Assembly: GCA_036679605.1 (NCBI GenBank)
Contig: JAZDCZ010000035.1
Coordinates: forward strand, 1 to 20,058
Origin: Gemmatimonadota bacterium
GTDB lineage: Bacteria; Gemmatimonadota; Gemmatimonadetes; Gemmatimonadales; GWC2-71-9
DNA: 20,058 bases
Direction of reading: 5' to 3'
A model generated the notes under the pieces. That model saw nothing but the letters and a program-made list of their open reading frames with translations, ran no database searches and was not told the DNA's origin. The position numbers were made by a program, and so were the translations under genes. Shown piece after piece: positions 7,556 to 16,207 of this stretch; the first letter of the stretch is position 1, and each line of letters begins with the position of its first letter.

Positions 7556-9247
7556 TCACGTAGCCACCGACGGCGGTGCGCCTTTCACACCAAGACTCAG
7601 CGATACTCCGACCACCACGACGGTCACCGCTCCGATCACATTGTGCCACAAAAACGATATCGAAGGTGCTCCGAATGTCACGGTAGCCACAACCGCCATT
7701 CCTGCGATCAGCCCGACGAACGCCCCAAGCGCACGAGCGCCCGGAAGCATGGCCAGCAAGAAGACACCGAGAATCGACCCATAGAAGAACGAGCCGAAAC
7801 GATTCACGACCTCGATCAGCGACCCCAGAGTGACGGCGAATGTAGCAACTATACAAGCAAAAAGTCCCCAGAACCCGGTAGCAACCTTGGACACGACAAG
7901 ATAGTGTGCGTCGCTTGCCTCCGGCCGCACCCAGCGCCGATAGAAATCGATTACGGTAGTAGTCGAAAGCGAATTGAGTTCCGCCGCGATACTTGACATC
8001 GCCGCTGCCAACACCGCGGCGATGAAGATTCCGGCCAAACCAATCGGCAACTCCGATAGCACAAAACGGGGGATGATGTAGTTGACATCCCGCGCCGACT
8101 CGCCCGTCACACGTTCCGCGAGGGCAAGCGCTTCACCCCTTATCGTTTCCGTTTCACTCTCCTTGGCAAGGAACCTTGCCATCGCGGCGTCGGCTGCCGC
8201 GCCGTTGCCGTTTTCTCGCAAATCGGCCACCGCCCGCGCGGCAGTCTCGCGCTCAGCGAACGCCGCCGCATAGCGCGCCTCGAGCGCCACGTAGGCACCG
8301 GGCTCCTCACTCTGTACGCGTTGCTCGTGGGCGGGGTTGAACAGGAGGGGTGGTGGCTGAAACAAATAGTAGAGAAAGACGAGCACCCCTACCATCAGGA
8401 CCAGCGCTTGGAGCGGGATCTTCCAGTACGCGCTCATCAGCAGTGAACTCCGCGCCTGGTCGGTCGACTTGGCGGTGAGGTAGCGCTGCACCTGGCTCTG
8501 ATCGGTTCCGAAATACGCCAGCATGAGAAACGTCCCGCCGATCATCCCCGACCAGAAGGTATAGGTCTGGTTCAAATTCATCGAGAAATCGAACACCCGC
8601 AGTCTTCCGGTGGCCCCCGCAATGCGGAGTGCATCGTCCGGAGGGATAGGCATTTTCACGAGCAGCACCGCGACGATCGCTACCAGCCCACCAACGATGA
8701 GCACCATTTGCTTCACATCGGCCCACGTTACGGCTTGCACTCCACCGATCATGGTGTACGCAACCGTCGGAATCCCGATGAGCACCACTGACCAAACAAG
8801 ATTCCACCCAAAGATCGCCGAGAAGACCACCGCGGGTGCCGCGATGATGGCGCCGGTGGACATCCCGCGGGAGGCAAGGAAAAGAAAGCTCGTTAACGCG
8901 CGGGTCTTGGCATCGAAGCGCCGTTCCAGATACTCGTACGCGGTAAAGACCTTGGCACCACGCAGAAACGGGACAATCGTCACACCCAGAATAACCATGG
9001 CGATCGGCAGCCCGAAGTAGAACTGCACAAACCGGAGCCCGTCGGTCGCACCCTGGCCGGTTGTCCCAATCATTGTCACCGCCGAGAGCTGAGTCGCCAT
9101 GATAGACAGGCCGACTGCCCACCACGGGAGGCTCCTATTCGCGAGGAAATAGCCTTCGAGTTCTCGAGTACCCTTGGCCCGCCGCAAGCCGTCCACGACG
9201 ACGTAGGACAGGTAGACTCCGACGATGGACCAGTTCAGCCAATGCAC
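7556..9247 (-). CDS. Sodium:solute symporter (SSS family)
   Basis: YFLANRSLPWWAVGLSIMATQLSA, TAYEYLERRFD, GTDQSQVQRYL, AAAMSS...LNSL. Probable start GTG 9247 (MHWLNW) rather than 9325. Confidence 0.93.
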   Translation of the reverse strand: MHWLNWSIVGVYLSYVVVDGLRRAKGTRELEGYFLANRSLPWWAVGLSIMATQLSAVTMIGTTGQGATDGLRFVQFYFGLPIAMVILGVTIVPFLRGAKVFTAYEYLERRFDAKTRALTSFLFLASRGMSTGAIIAAPAVVFSAIFGWNLVWSVVLIGIPTVAYTMIGGVQAVTWADVKQMVLIVGGLVAIVAVLLVKMPIPPDDALRIAGATGRLRVFDFSMNLNQTYTFWSGMIGGTFLMLAYFGTDQSQVQRYLTAKSTDQARSSLLMSAYWKIPLQALVLMVGVLVFLYYLFQPPPLLFNPAHEQRVQSEEPGAYVALEARYAAAFAERETAARAVADLRENGNGAAADAAMARFLAKESETETIRGEALALAERVTGESARDVNYIIPRFVLSELPIGLAGIFIAAVLAAAMSSIAAELNSLSTTTVIDFYRRWVRPEASDAHYLVVSKVATGFWGLFACIVATFAVTLGSLIEVVNRFGSFFYGSILGVFLLAMLPGARALGAFVGLIAGMAVVATVTFGAPSISFLWHNVIGAVTVVVVGVSLSLGVKGAPPSVAT

Positions 9248-9257
9248 GGCGTGTTGC

Positions 9258-9368
9258 TCACCCCGCGTATCGCGCCTGGAGGAACCAAAGAAGAACGAGA
9301 GTGATGACCTGAACGACGATGACACTCAGGAGCGTGCGCCGGAAGCCACGGGTTCCGCGACCCGTCAC
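9258..9368 (-). CDS. 36-aa single-pass membrane peptide, likely an SSS-associated small protein
   Basis: MTGRGTRGFRRTLLSVIVVQVITLVLLWFLQARYAG*. GTGA overlap with the PIG-L stop; ends 10 nt before the SSS start. Basic N-terminus plus one TM. Confidence 0.7.
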   Translation of the reverse strand: MTGRGTRGFRRTLLSVIVVQVITLVLLWFLQARYAG

Positions 9369-11878
9369 TGCACCGGGCGCTGGCTCAGGTTAAGCAGATT
9401 GAGAAACAGTTTGTAGGCTCCGGGAACTCCCGCCGGCAACGAACGGAAGAAGCTGATACCAGTGTAGACATAAGTCCCTGCGCCATATTTCGCGACGAGC
9501 AATCCACCCCGCACGGGCTCACGGTTCGGATCTTTCATCTCGAGCGCCGGAGTGTAGGCATCGTCCCACTCGCCCGCAAAATACAACCCACGCTCCTGCG
9601 GCCAGCCCTCCCAATCCTCAGGACCGATGGTGTTAGGGCTCGTGAAGATCGGGTCGTCGGGCAGCAGTACAGTCACAGGTGCAGTCTCGTCGGTAATCCG
9701 ATCGTGCGGCCGTGATATCGTGATTGGGTACGGTGCAAAGTCCCCTCGAGCAAACTGATATTGCTGGTACTGTACCAGGAGAAGTCCACCGCCCCGGGCA
9801 TACTCGAGCAGCCTGTCGTTGTACTTGACGACCGCCGGATCACTCTCGTAAGCCCTGCTCCCGATCACGATCACATCGAAGACCGAAAGATCGGAACTCG
9901 CCAATGCGTCTGCGTCGAGAATCTCGATTGGCAATCCAACTTGCTGCAACGCCTCAGGAACTCTATCGGCGGCGCCACGGACATAGCCAATACTATTGAC
10001 TGTGGGAAGCTTGATCGGTGCCACCAAAACATCTGCCGTCGCTTGACCGACGCTGGAAGCGGATCGGATATGGGGATAGTCAACCAGTTCGATCCCTTGG
10101 GAAAACCGCCGGCCGTCATCAGTAGTTGCGATAGCCGCGATCTCTAGAGCAGCGCTCTCGACACCGAGTGGTTTACTAATCCGGAAATTGAAAACCTTGG
10201 ACTCGCCGAACCGCTCAAAGGTAAACGGAACCTCCGAAGGCATGCGCCAAGCCACGGCCTCCAGCACCACTGTTCCGGACACAGTGTCCGCACCGTTATG
10301 CGTAAGAGTTACTGTCAACGTCTTCCAGCGGGTACCACCCGACGGCCAGACCAAACGTTTCGGCGAGAGTTTCACATCGATGCCGGGGACTACGCGAACG
10401 GGATCCCGGATCTCACCGGTCGCTTGGTCATTATGACGGTAGGTCACCTCCCGCTGAACCGTGATCGACTCGCCGAGCAACCTTACGTTGGCCACTGTCA
10501 TTAGTACCGGTGGATCGAAAGGCAAGCCCCTTAGCTCCGGCTGGGCAGCGGTCCAATCGTACAGAGCGCCTTGGCGCGGTCGTTTCAGGAAGTATGGTTG
10601 AGTCAATTCAGCATCCGCCGGAACAGCTACGCTGAATTTCGCGGTGGCCTGCTCACCTGGTGCGAGATCATGCGACGGTGGGTCGAGTGGTGCCGTCGTC
10701 CAGTCGCTCGGCATGTCGACAAAAAAACTATCGATTACTACGTTGTATGGACCGCCGTTAAATAGCTCAACGACGACTTCGACGCTTCGACCCGGCACCA
10801 GTGCTACCGAACTGGAACGCGCGTCCATCACCAAACCGGCTGAAACTTCAATCGCTTGCTCTAACAGCTTCTCGCGCCCATCACTAAATAGGTCGAAATC
10901 CGCACGCCCCAGGCTCCAAGCGAGCGGAACTGTGGCGTCAGCTATGCGGTTCGCAGAAACCGACGCCCTAACTGAATCGGCCAGTCGCACCAGCCAGGAA
11001 GTGTCGCGGGGAATGCCATCGAAGATGCTATGCTCGCTGCCGCCGTTACCCTGGCCGGCCGCGCGGGTCTCAATCAAGCGCAAACGCGTAGACGCTGGCC
11101 CAGAGCTTTGAATCCGACCCATGTCCTGCGAGCTGTGGCTACTCCGGCTTGCCATCGCTATCTGGTGGAACGTCTTGCCGGACCGCGGATCTAACTGGCC
11201 GGTGGAAAGTTCGAGTGTGGTAGACCGCCGGTCGAATCGAGTCGACTGGTAGAGCTTGAGCGGCCTCCAAAAAGTCAGCGCTTCCTCGCTTGCAAGTTCC
11301 GGGAAACGGTTCGGATCGCCCGCAGCTTCGAACGCTTGTCGCGCAGCGAGGCCGGCGGCTTGATGTTGGCCGTGCCCGTCGCGAGGGGTGCCCGAAAACA
11401 CCGAAACGATCACATGTGGCCGAAACCGTCTCACAATCCGCACGACATCTTTGAGAGTTGAATCCGGCGGCCAAAAACGAGAAGTTTCCGAAAGTTCTCG
11501 CGAGTATCCGAAGTCGAACGAGCGCGTGAAGAACTGTCGCGCACCGTCAACTCCACGTGCTGCCACCAACTCACTCGAGCGCAGTAGCCCTAGTGAGCCA
11601 CCCAGTTCACGCCCGATCAGATTCTGGCCTCCCTCGCCGCGTGATAGAGACAGATAGGCAGCGTCGGCCCCAAATCCCTGCACCATGAGCGCCAGGAGAC
11701 TCGTGTCTTCATCGTCCGGATGGGCACCGATAATGAGAACTCGTCGGTTCTCACCGAGCCGTTGCAATAGGTTGTCGAGAGAAACGATGCCGCCGGACGT
11801 GGGTGGTGCAAGCTGAGCGCCTAGCGGCGCGGCACCGGCCAGGAGGAGCACCGCGAGAGCGGAACTAAGCCGCTTCAC
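9365..11878 (-). CDS. Secreted PIG-L/LmbE-family de-N-acetylase with NEW3-like Ig domains and a C-terminal alpha/beta domain
   Basis: Signal peptide MKRLSSALAVLLLAGAAPLGA, metal motifs AHPDDED and HGQH, SRGEGGQN, FDFGYS, and C-terminal QERGLYF. Confidence 0.9.
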   Translation of the reverse strand: MKRLSSALAVLLLAGAAPLGAQLAPPTSGGIVSLDNLLQRLGENRRVLIIGAHPDDEDTSLLALMVQGFGADAAYLSLSRGEGGQNLIGRELGGSLGLLRSSELVAARGVDGARQFFTRSFDFGYSRELSETSRFWPPDSTLKDVVRIVRRFRPHVIVSVFSGTPRDGHGQHQAAGLAARQAFEAAGDPNRFPELASEEALTFWRPLKLYQSTRFDRRSTTLELSTGQLDPRSGKTFHQIAMASRSSHSSQDMGRIQSSGPASTRLRLIETRAAGQGNGGSEHSIFDGIPRDTSWLVRLADSVRASVSANRIADATVPLAWSLGRADFDLFSDGREKLLEQAIEVSAGLVMDARSSSVALVPGRSVEVVVELFNGGPYNVVIDSFFVDMPSDWTTAPLDPPSHDLAPGEQATAKFSVAVPADAELTQPYFLKRPRQGALYDWTAAQPELRGLPFDPPVLMTVANVRLLGESITVQREVTYRHNDQATGEIRDPVRVVPGIDVKLSPKRLVWPSGGTRWKTLTVTLTHNGADTVSGTVVLEAVAWRMPSEVPFTFERFGESKVFNFRISKPLGVESAALEIAAIATTDDGRRFSQGIELVDYPHIRSASSVGQATADVLVAPIKLPTVNSIGYVRGAADRVPEALQQVGLPIEILDADALASSDLSVFDVIVIGSRAYESDPAVVKYNDRLLEYARGGGLLLVQYQQYQFARGDFAPYPITISRPHDRITDETAPVTVLLPDDPIFTSPNTIGPEDWEGWPQERGLYFAGEWDDAYTPALEMKDPNREPVRGGLLVAKYGAGTYVYTGISFFRSLPAGVPGAYKLFLNLLNLSQRPVQ

Positions 11879-12518
11879 GAGCTATTACGATACTGCGCAA
11901 TCTCTCTGCACTGGGGTCCTGTGGGTCGCCGAAGGGCCGTGGATGCCCGCTCGGGTCCAGAACTACGCTCGGACATATGAACTCAAGCTTGCGGGCGCGC
12001 ACGCGGTTCTGCACGGCCTGCGTTCCCACTGGAGTGCCCACCATTATGCTGCTCGGCGAAAAGCTACTGATCGCCGCTGCGGCAGCCAGAATCTTCCAGG
12101 GAGACGTGACATGTCCATCTACCACGATGACGTTCATGCCCTCTAGGTCGGTTAAAGGCCGTGGACCTCGGAACAAGAGGCGCTCCGTCTTGATCGCACG
12201 ACGGGCCTTATCAATAGCTTCGTTGAGGGCGTCCATCACTCCGAAGCGCGGTTGGAAATTGGCGTCGAGGACGGCATCGCCGTCTTCTGCTACGGCTCCG
12301 ACGATCCCCAATCCTTCCATCCTGATGTGCGCCGCCACGATCACGTCAAACCTGCAGCCCATTGCCTTGGCAGCATTGGCCGCAACCTCGACCCCCGACG
12401 GTGTTACGCCCAGAACCGCCGTCGGCGGAGAGGTGTGCCGGTTGAGCTGCCCACCCAACTGGGCACCAGCTCCAGAACGCGACGGGTAGAGCGCCTCTAC
12501 TTTAGAATCTGAGACCAT
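11865..12518 (-). CDS. Phosphoribosyltransferase-fold protein with degenerate motifs
   Basis: Follows the layout of putative type I PRTases (SRSGAGAQL, VLGV, FDVIV, GAVAEDG, FRGPRP, LEGMNVIVVD), but the PRPP loop reads DGHVTSPWK. Likely start ATG 12518. Confidence 0.75.
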   Translation of the reverse strand: MVSDSKVEALYPSRSGAGAQLGGQLNRHTSPPTAVLGVTPSGVEVAANAAKAMGCRFDVIVAAHIRMEGLGIVGAVAEDGDAVLDANFQPRFGVMDALNEAIDKARRAIKTERLLFRGPRPLTDLEGMNVIVVDGHVTSPWKILAAAAAISSFSPSSIMVGTPVGTQAVQNRVRARKLEFICPSVVLDPSGHPRPFGDPQDPSAERLRSIVIAREAA

Positions 12519-12640
12519 GATCACAGCGAATATATGCGGTAGTGAAGGGGGATAGAAGGGACCCGAAAAATCAGCCCTACTGTCCATCTATCCTATCTAA
12601 CGCATCTACTACATATTTCGACACTGGAACATCCTCGTAA

Positions 12641-12661
12641 TCGTTAAGGTTTCTTTAACGA
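12641..12661. promoter_or_regulatory. Operator-like inverted repeat in a divergent AT-rich intergenic region
   Basis: TCGTTAA-N7-TTAACGA between the PRTase-like gene and the acyl-CoA dehydrogenase. Confidence 0.35.
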
Positions 12662-12741
12662 CGATAGCGAAAATGTCGCAATGACAAATGAGTCGAAACG
12701 ACTAATAAAATAAATAGAACTGAGATAAAGAGACGGATATC

Positions 12742-14628
12742 ATGACTACGGTTGCAGCAGAAAAAAAAGATGGCGTCGCCGCCCCGGCGGCCGAGCAACA
12801 TATAAGCGAGGAGGAAGCACGGGCAGTTGCCGAGGCTGCACGAGAAGAAGAATGGAAATCGCCCAGCTTCGTGCGCGAGCTATTCAATGGCCGATTGCTG
12901 CTGCACCTACTTAACCCATGGCCGAAGGTAGATGAAGCGGAACTCGAGCGAGCACGACCATGGCTCCGACGCCTAGCCAAGTTCCTAGCCGAGCATGTGG
13001 ACGGCGATGAGATCGACCGCAACAGCAAGGTTCCGCAGTCGGTTATCGACGGCCTCAAGGAACTAGGTTGCTTCGGGATCAAGATCCCCGAAGAATACGG
13101 CGGTCTCGGGTTTTCGCAGACGGTCTACAACATGGCCATCTCGATGGCAGCCGGAGCCGATGCATCTGTGGCCACCCTCCTCTCCGCTCACCAATCCATT
13201 GGAGTGCCACAACCTCTCAAACTGTTCGGTACACCCGAACAGAAGAAGAAATACTTCCCCCGATTAGCACAGGGCGCCATCAGCGCATTCGCTCTAACAG
13301 AAATGGCGGTGGGCAGCGATCCAGCCAGGATGACGACTACCGCAACATTGTCGGAGGACGGGGAGAGCTACATCCTGAACGGAGAGAAACTATGGTGCAC
13401 CAACGGTACCATCGCCGAACTCTTGATCGTTATGGCGAAAACCGGTGAGCGAAAAATCAGCGCTTTCATAGTGGAGACAAACTGGCCGGGCGTGGAGGTG
13501 ACGCACCGCTGCCACTTCATGGGGCTGCGGGGTATCGAAAACGGTGTACTCACGTTTAAGGACGTTCGAGTGCCAAAGGACAACCTGCTTTGGAAGGAAG
13601 GCAAGGGACTAAAGCTCGCGCTGGTGACCTTGAACACCGGACGCTTAACGGTACCCGCGACCTGTGCCGCGGCCGGCAAGCGGTGTCTCGAGATCTCACG
13701 CCGATTCAGTCAGGAGCGTGTCCAATGGGGTCATCAAATCGGAAAGCACGATGCGATAGCGCAGAAACTCGGGTCGATGGCGGCTACTACCTTTGCGATG
13801 GAATCCCTCGCAGAGATCGCGACATTGATGGCCGACAAGGGCGGGTTCGACATCCGGCTAGAGGCAGCTATCTCCAAGATGTGGAATACTGAACGCGGAT
13901 GGGAGATTGTTGACGACACCCTACAGATCCGCAGCGGCCGAGGGTACGAGACGGCCGACAGTCTGCGTGCGAGGGGGGAGGAGGGAATTCCTGTCGAGCG
14001 GCTGCTGCGCGACTTCCGCATCAACCTCATCTTCGAGGGCTCGAGTGAGATAATGCGGTTGTTCATAGCGAGAGAAGCGGTCGACACACATCTCAAGATC
14101 GCGGGTGCTCTCGTCGACCCGCGGGCTTCGTTCGGCCAAAAGGTCCCAGCGTTCTTCAGGACGAGTCTGTATTACGCGTGGTGGTATCCCACACGCTGGA
14201 TCGGATGGGGCTGGTGGCCGCGGTACGGGGAGTTCGGCAAACTAGCGCGCCATCTCAGATTCGTGGCCAGACGTTCGCGGAGACTCGCCCGCACGCTGTT
14301 CTACGCAATCGTGCGCCACGGCCCGAATCTCGAGAAGCGTCAGGCGGTGCTGGCGCGATTGGTCGAGATCAGCGCCGAACTGTTCGCAATGGCGACGGTA
14401 TGCGCCAAGACGCAGGGCATGCGGTCGAGCAAGTCAGCCGAGGAGCGCGCCAAGGCTCGGTCCGCCGTGCAGCTTGCCGACACATTCTGCCGTACGGCGC
14501 GCCGCCGGGTGGACGAGAAGTTCAAGGCCGTCTTCCGCAACGACGACATGGCGGTGTACCGGCTCGCGCAGTCGATCATGGCGGACGACCTGAAATGGAT
14601 GGAGACGGTCGCCCCGCTAAAGGAATAG
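12742..14628 (+). CDS. Acyl-CoA dehydrogenase, long ACAD9/VLCAD-like form
   Basis: IPEEYGGLG, HQSIG, AFALTE..GSD, LNGEKLWCTNG, LNTGRL, and RINLIFEGSSEI with the catalytic Glu; C-terminal extension present. Confidence 0.95.
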   Translation: MTTVAAEKKDGVAAPAAEQHISEEEARAVAEAAREEEWKSPSFVRELFNGRLLLHLLNPWPKVDEAELERARPWLRRLAKFLAEHVDGDEIDRNSKVPQSVIDGLKELGCFGIKIPEEYGGLGFSQTVYNMAISMAAGADASVATLLSAHQSIGVPQPLKLFGTPEQKKKYFPRLAQGAISAFALTEMAVGSDPARMTTTATLSEDGESYILNGEKLWCTNGTIAELLIVMAKTGERKISAFIVETNWPGVEVTHRCHFMGLRGIENGVLTFKDVRVPKDNLLWKEGKGLKLALVTLNTGRLTVPATCAAAGKRCLEISRRFSQERVQWGHQIGKHDAIAQKLGSMAATTFAMESLAEIATLMADKGGFDIRLEAAISKMWNTERGWEIVDDTLQIRSGRGYETADSLRARGEEGIPVERLLRDFRINLIFEGSSEIMRLFIAREAVDTHLKIAGALVDPRASFGQKVPAFFRTSLYYAWWYPTRWIGWGWWPRYGEFGKLARHLRFVARRSRRLARTLFYAIVRHGPNLEKRQAVLARLVEISAELFAMATVCAKTQGMRSSKSAEERAKARSAVQLADTFCRTARRRVDEKFKAVFRNDDMAVYRLAQSIMADDLKWMETVAPLKE

Positions 14629-14661
14629 CAACGGGGCAGCTTGCTCCAGAGGCCTCATGAT

Positions 14662-14691
14662 TCGGGGGGCGGCTCACAAACCGCCCCTCGA
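14662..14691. terminator. GC-rich hairpin (terminator-like or REP-like) after the acyl-CoA dehydrogenase
   Basis: TCGGGGGGCGG-CTCACAAA-CCGCCCCTCGA: an 11-bp stem with one G-U pair and no U-tract. Confidence 0.5.
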
Positions 14692-14718
14692 TTGCCGTAA
14701 TACCACCTGCCGTCACCC

Positions 14719-14735
14719 CTTGCGGAACCAGTCCC
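14719..14735 (+). repeat. 17-bp perfect direct repeat, copy 1
   Basis: CTTGCGGAACCAGTCCC, identical to 16347-16363. Confidence 0.85.
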
Positions 14736-14834
14736 AAGCCGGCAACCTCTGGCTCTTTGGTGGCGTTGCGGGACTCTTGGGCCGATTCAACGACCTGTGG
14801 CGGTTTGTACCATAGAAAAGGGCTGTGGGAACTG

Positions 14835-14895
14835 GGCGGTATGACAAGGCGGTAGAACTGGGCGGTAGGAACTGAGGCGGTAGAAACAGGCGCTA
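14835..14895 (+). repeat. Short GGCGGTA tandem repeats downstream of Uma2 copy A
   Basis: GGCGGTA at 14835, 14848, 14861 and 14876, plus GGCGCTA at 14889, which contains the Uma2 stop. Period 13-15 nt. Confidence 0.8.
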
Positions 14896-15459
14896 GGCCT
14901 TCCCTGTGGCCAAGTCCTCGAACAGCTGCTCCAGCGAGATCTCCAATTCTTCCCCCTCTTCCCTGATCCGCCACCGGAGCACGTCGGTCACGATCTCCGG
15001 GCGCTCGTCTTCGGGATGCCACACCTCGACGAGCCGCGCATCCGGATCGACCACCCAATACGTCGCCACCTCACGCTCTTGATAAAGGCGACGTTTGGTG
15101 ACGCGGTCGTACCGTGTCGAACTCGGGGACACCACCTCGACGGCTAGCAACAGCGTCTGGTAAGATGTCCAACTGGTCGAGACCTCCTGCGACGGCACAA
15201 CGAATAAATCGGGTTGCACCAACTCGTCGTCCGCCCATGAGATATCTGCCGGCGACAGGAACAAGCGTGCAACCTCTGAGTGGTCATCTAGGTACGCAGA
15301 GAGCCGTCGGTAAATGGATCCGATCACTACCTGGTGTGCCGGGCGAGGTGCCGGAGTCACAAGGAGTTCTCCGCGCACGAGTTCGTACCGATTCCCATCG
15401 CTCGGGAACGCAAGGACCTCGTCGATGGTGTAGCGACGCGCAGTATCGGGCATAGCCAT
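14893..15459 (-). CDS. Uma2-family PD-(D/E)XK putative endonuclease, copy A
   Basis: 188 aa: RYELVRGELLVTPAP..HQ, QPDLFVV, LAVEVVSPSS..YDRVTK..LY, YWVVDP. GAGGAG lies upstream of the ATG. Confidence 0.93.
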   Translation of the reverse strand: MAMPDTARRYTIDEVLAFPSDGNRYELVRGELLVTPAPRPAHQVVIGSIYRRLSAYLDDHSEVARLFLSPADISWADDELVQPDLFVVPSQEVSTSWTSYQTLLLAVEVVSPSSTRYDRVTKRRLYQEREVATYWVVDPDARLVEVWHPEDERPEIVTDVLRWRIREEGEELEISLEQLFEDLATGKA

Positions 15460-15567
15460 AGTATCGCTTCTCCTCGGCCGAGTGAGCAAGGGGCGTGCAT
15501 TCACCAACATGCAAGTCGACCTCCGAACGTCTGTCATCATTTGAGCGCGGGAGTGGAGCAAAAAATA

Positions 15568-15631
15568 CGGTATGACGAGGCGGTAGAAACAGAGGCGGTA
15601 AGATCTGGCGGACGGGAGGAACGAGGCGCTA
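15568..15631 (+). repeat. Short GGCGGTA tandem repeats downstream of Uma2 copy B
   Basis: CGGTA 15568, GGCGGTA 15579 and 15594, GGCGGA 15607, GGCGCTA 15625 (contains the stop). Confidence 0.75.
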
Positions 15632-16207
15632 GGCCTTCCCTGTGGCCAGGTCCTCGAACAGCTGCTCGAGCGAGATCTCCAATTCTTCCCCCTCATCCCT
15701 GATCCGCCATTTGAGCACGTCGGTCACGATCTCCGGGCGCTCGTCTTCGGGATGCCATACCTCGACCAACCGCGCATCCGGATCGACCACCCAATACGTC
15801 GCAACACCGCGCCGCTGGTACAACCGGCGTTTCGTGACTCGATCGTATCGCGTCGAGCTGGGTGAAATCACCTCAACGGCGAGTAGCAAGGTGCGAATCG
15901 AATCCCAACTGGGGTTGGAGTCACGCGCTTCGTCGGCAGCGACCACGAACACGTCGGGCTGGGCAAGATCTTTCTTGCTACCCCACGTGATATCCGCCGG
16001 CGAGAAAACAACCTCTCCGTTCCCAGGGTGATCCACGAGGTAATCGAACAGTGCATGGTGTATCCTGCCCACGACCCGCTGGTGCCGGAATCGAGGCGCG
16101 GGCGTCACGAGCAACTCCCCGTCCACCAGCTCGTAGCGGTTCCCGTCGTAAGGGAACTCGAGCACTTCGGCGACCGTGTAACGCGGGGCGGTATCGGGCA
16201 TAGCCAT
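15629..16207 (-). CDS. Uma2-family PD-(D/E)XK putative endonuclease, copy B
   Basis: 192 aa: RYELVDGELLVTPAP..HQ, QPDVFVV, LAVEVISPSS..YDRVTK..LY, YWVVDP. Paralog of 14893-15459. Confidence 0.93.
   Translation of the reverse strand: MAMPDTAPRYTVAEVLEFPYDGNRYELVDGELLVTPAPRFRHQRVVGRIHHALFDYLVDHPGNGEVVFSPADITWGSKKDLAQPDVFVVAADEARDSNPSWDSIRTLLLAVEVISPSSTRYDRVTKRRLYQRRGVATYWVVDPDARLVEVWHPEDERPEIVTDVLKWRIRDEGEELEISLEQLFEDLATGKA

Noticed and set aside
14835..14895. CRISPR array beside a nuclease
   Set aside because: 7-nt repeats with 6-8-nt spacers are far too short, and there are no cas genes in the window.
15485..15500. Sigma54 promoter upstream of both Uma2 genes (minus strand ATGCACG-N4-TTGCT)
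   Set aside because: The essential GG at -24 is TG in both copies.
14889..15802. Diversity-generating retroelement TR/VR pair
   Set aside because: No reverse transcriptase in the window, both copies are in intact genes, and the mismatches are not adenine-specific.
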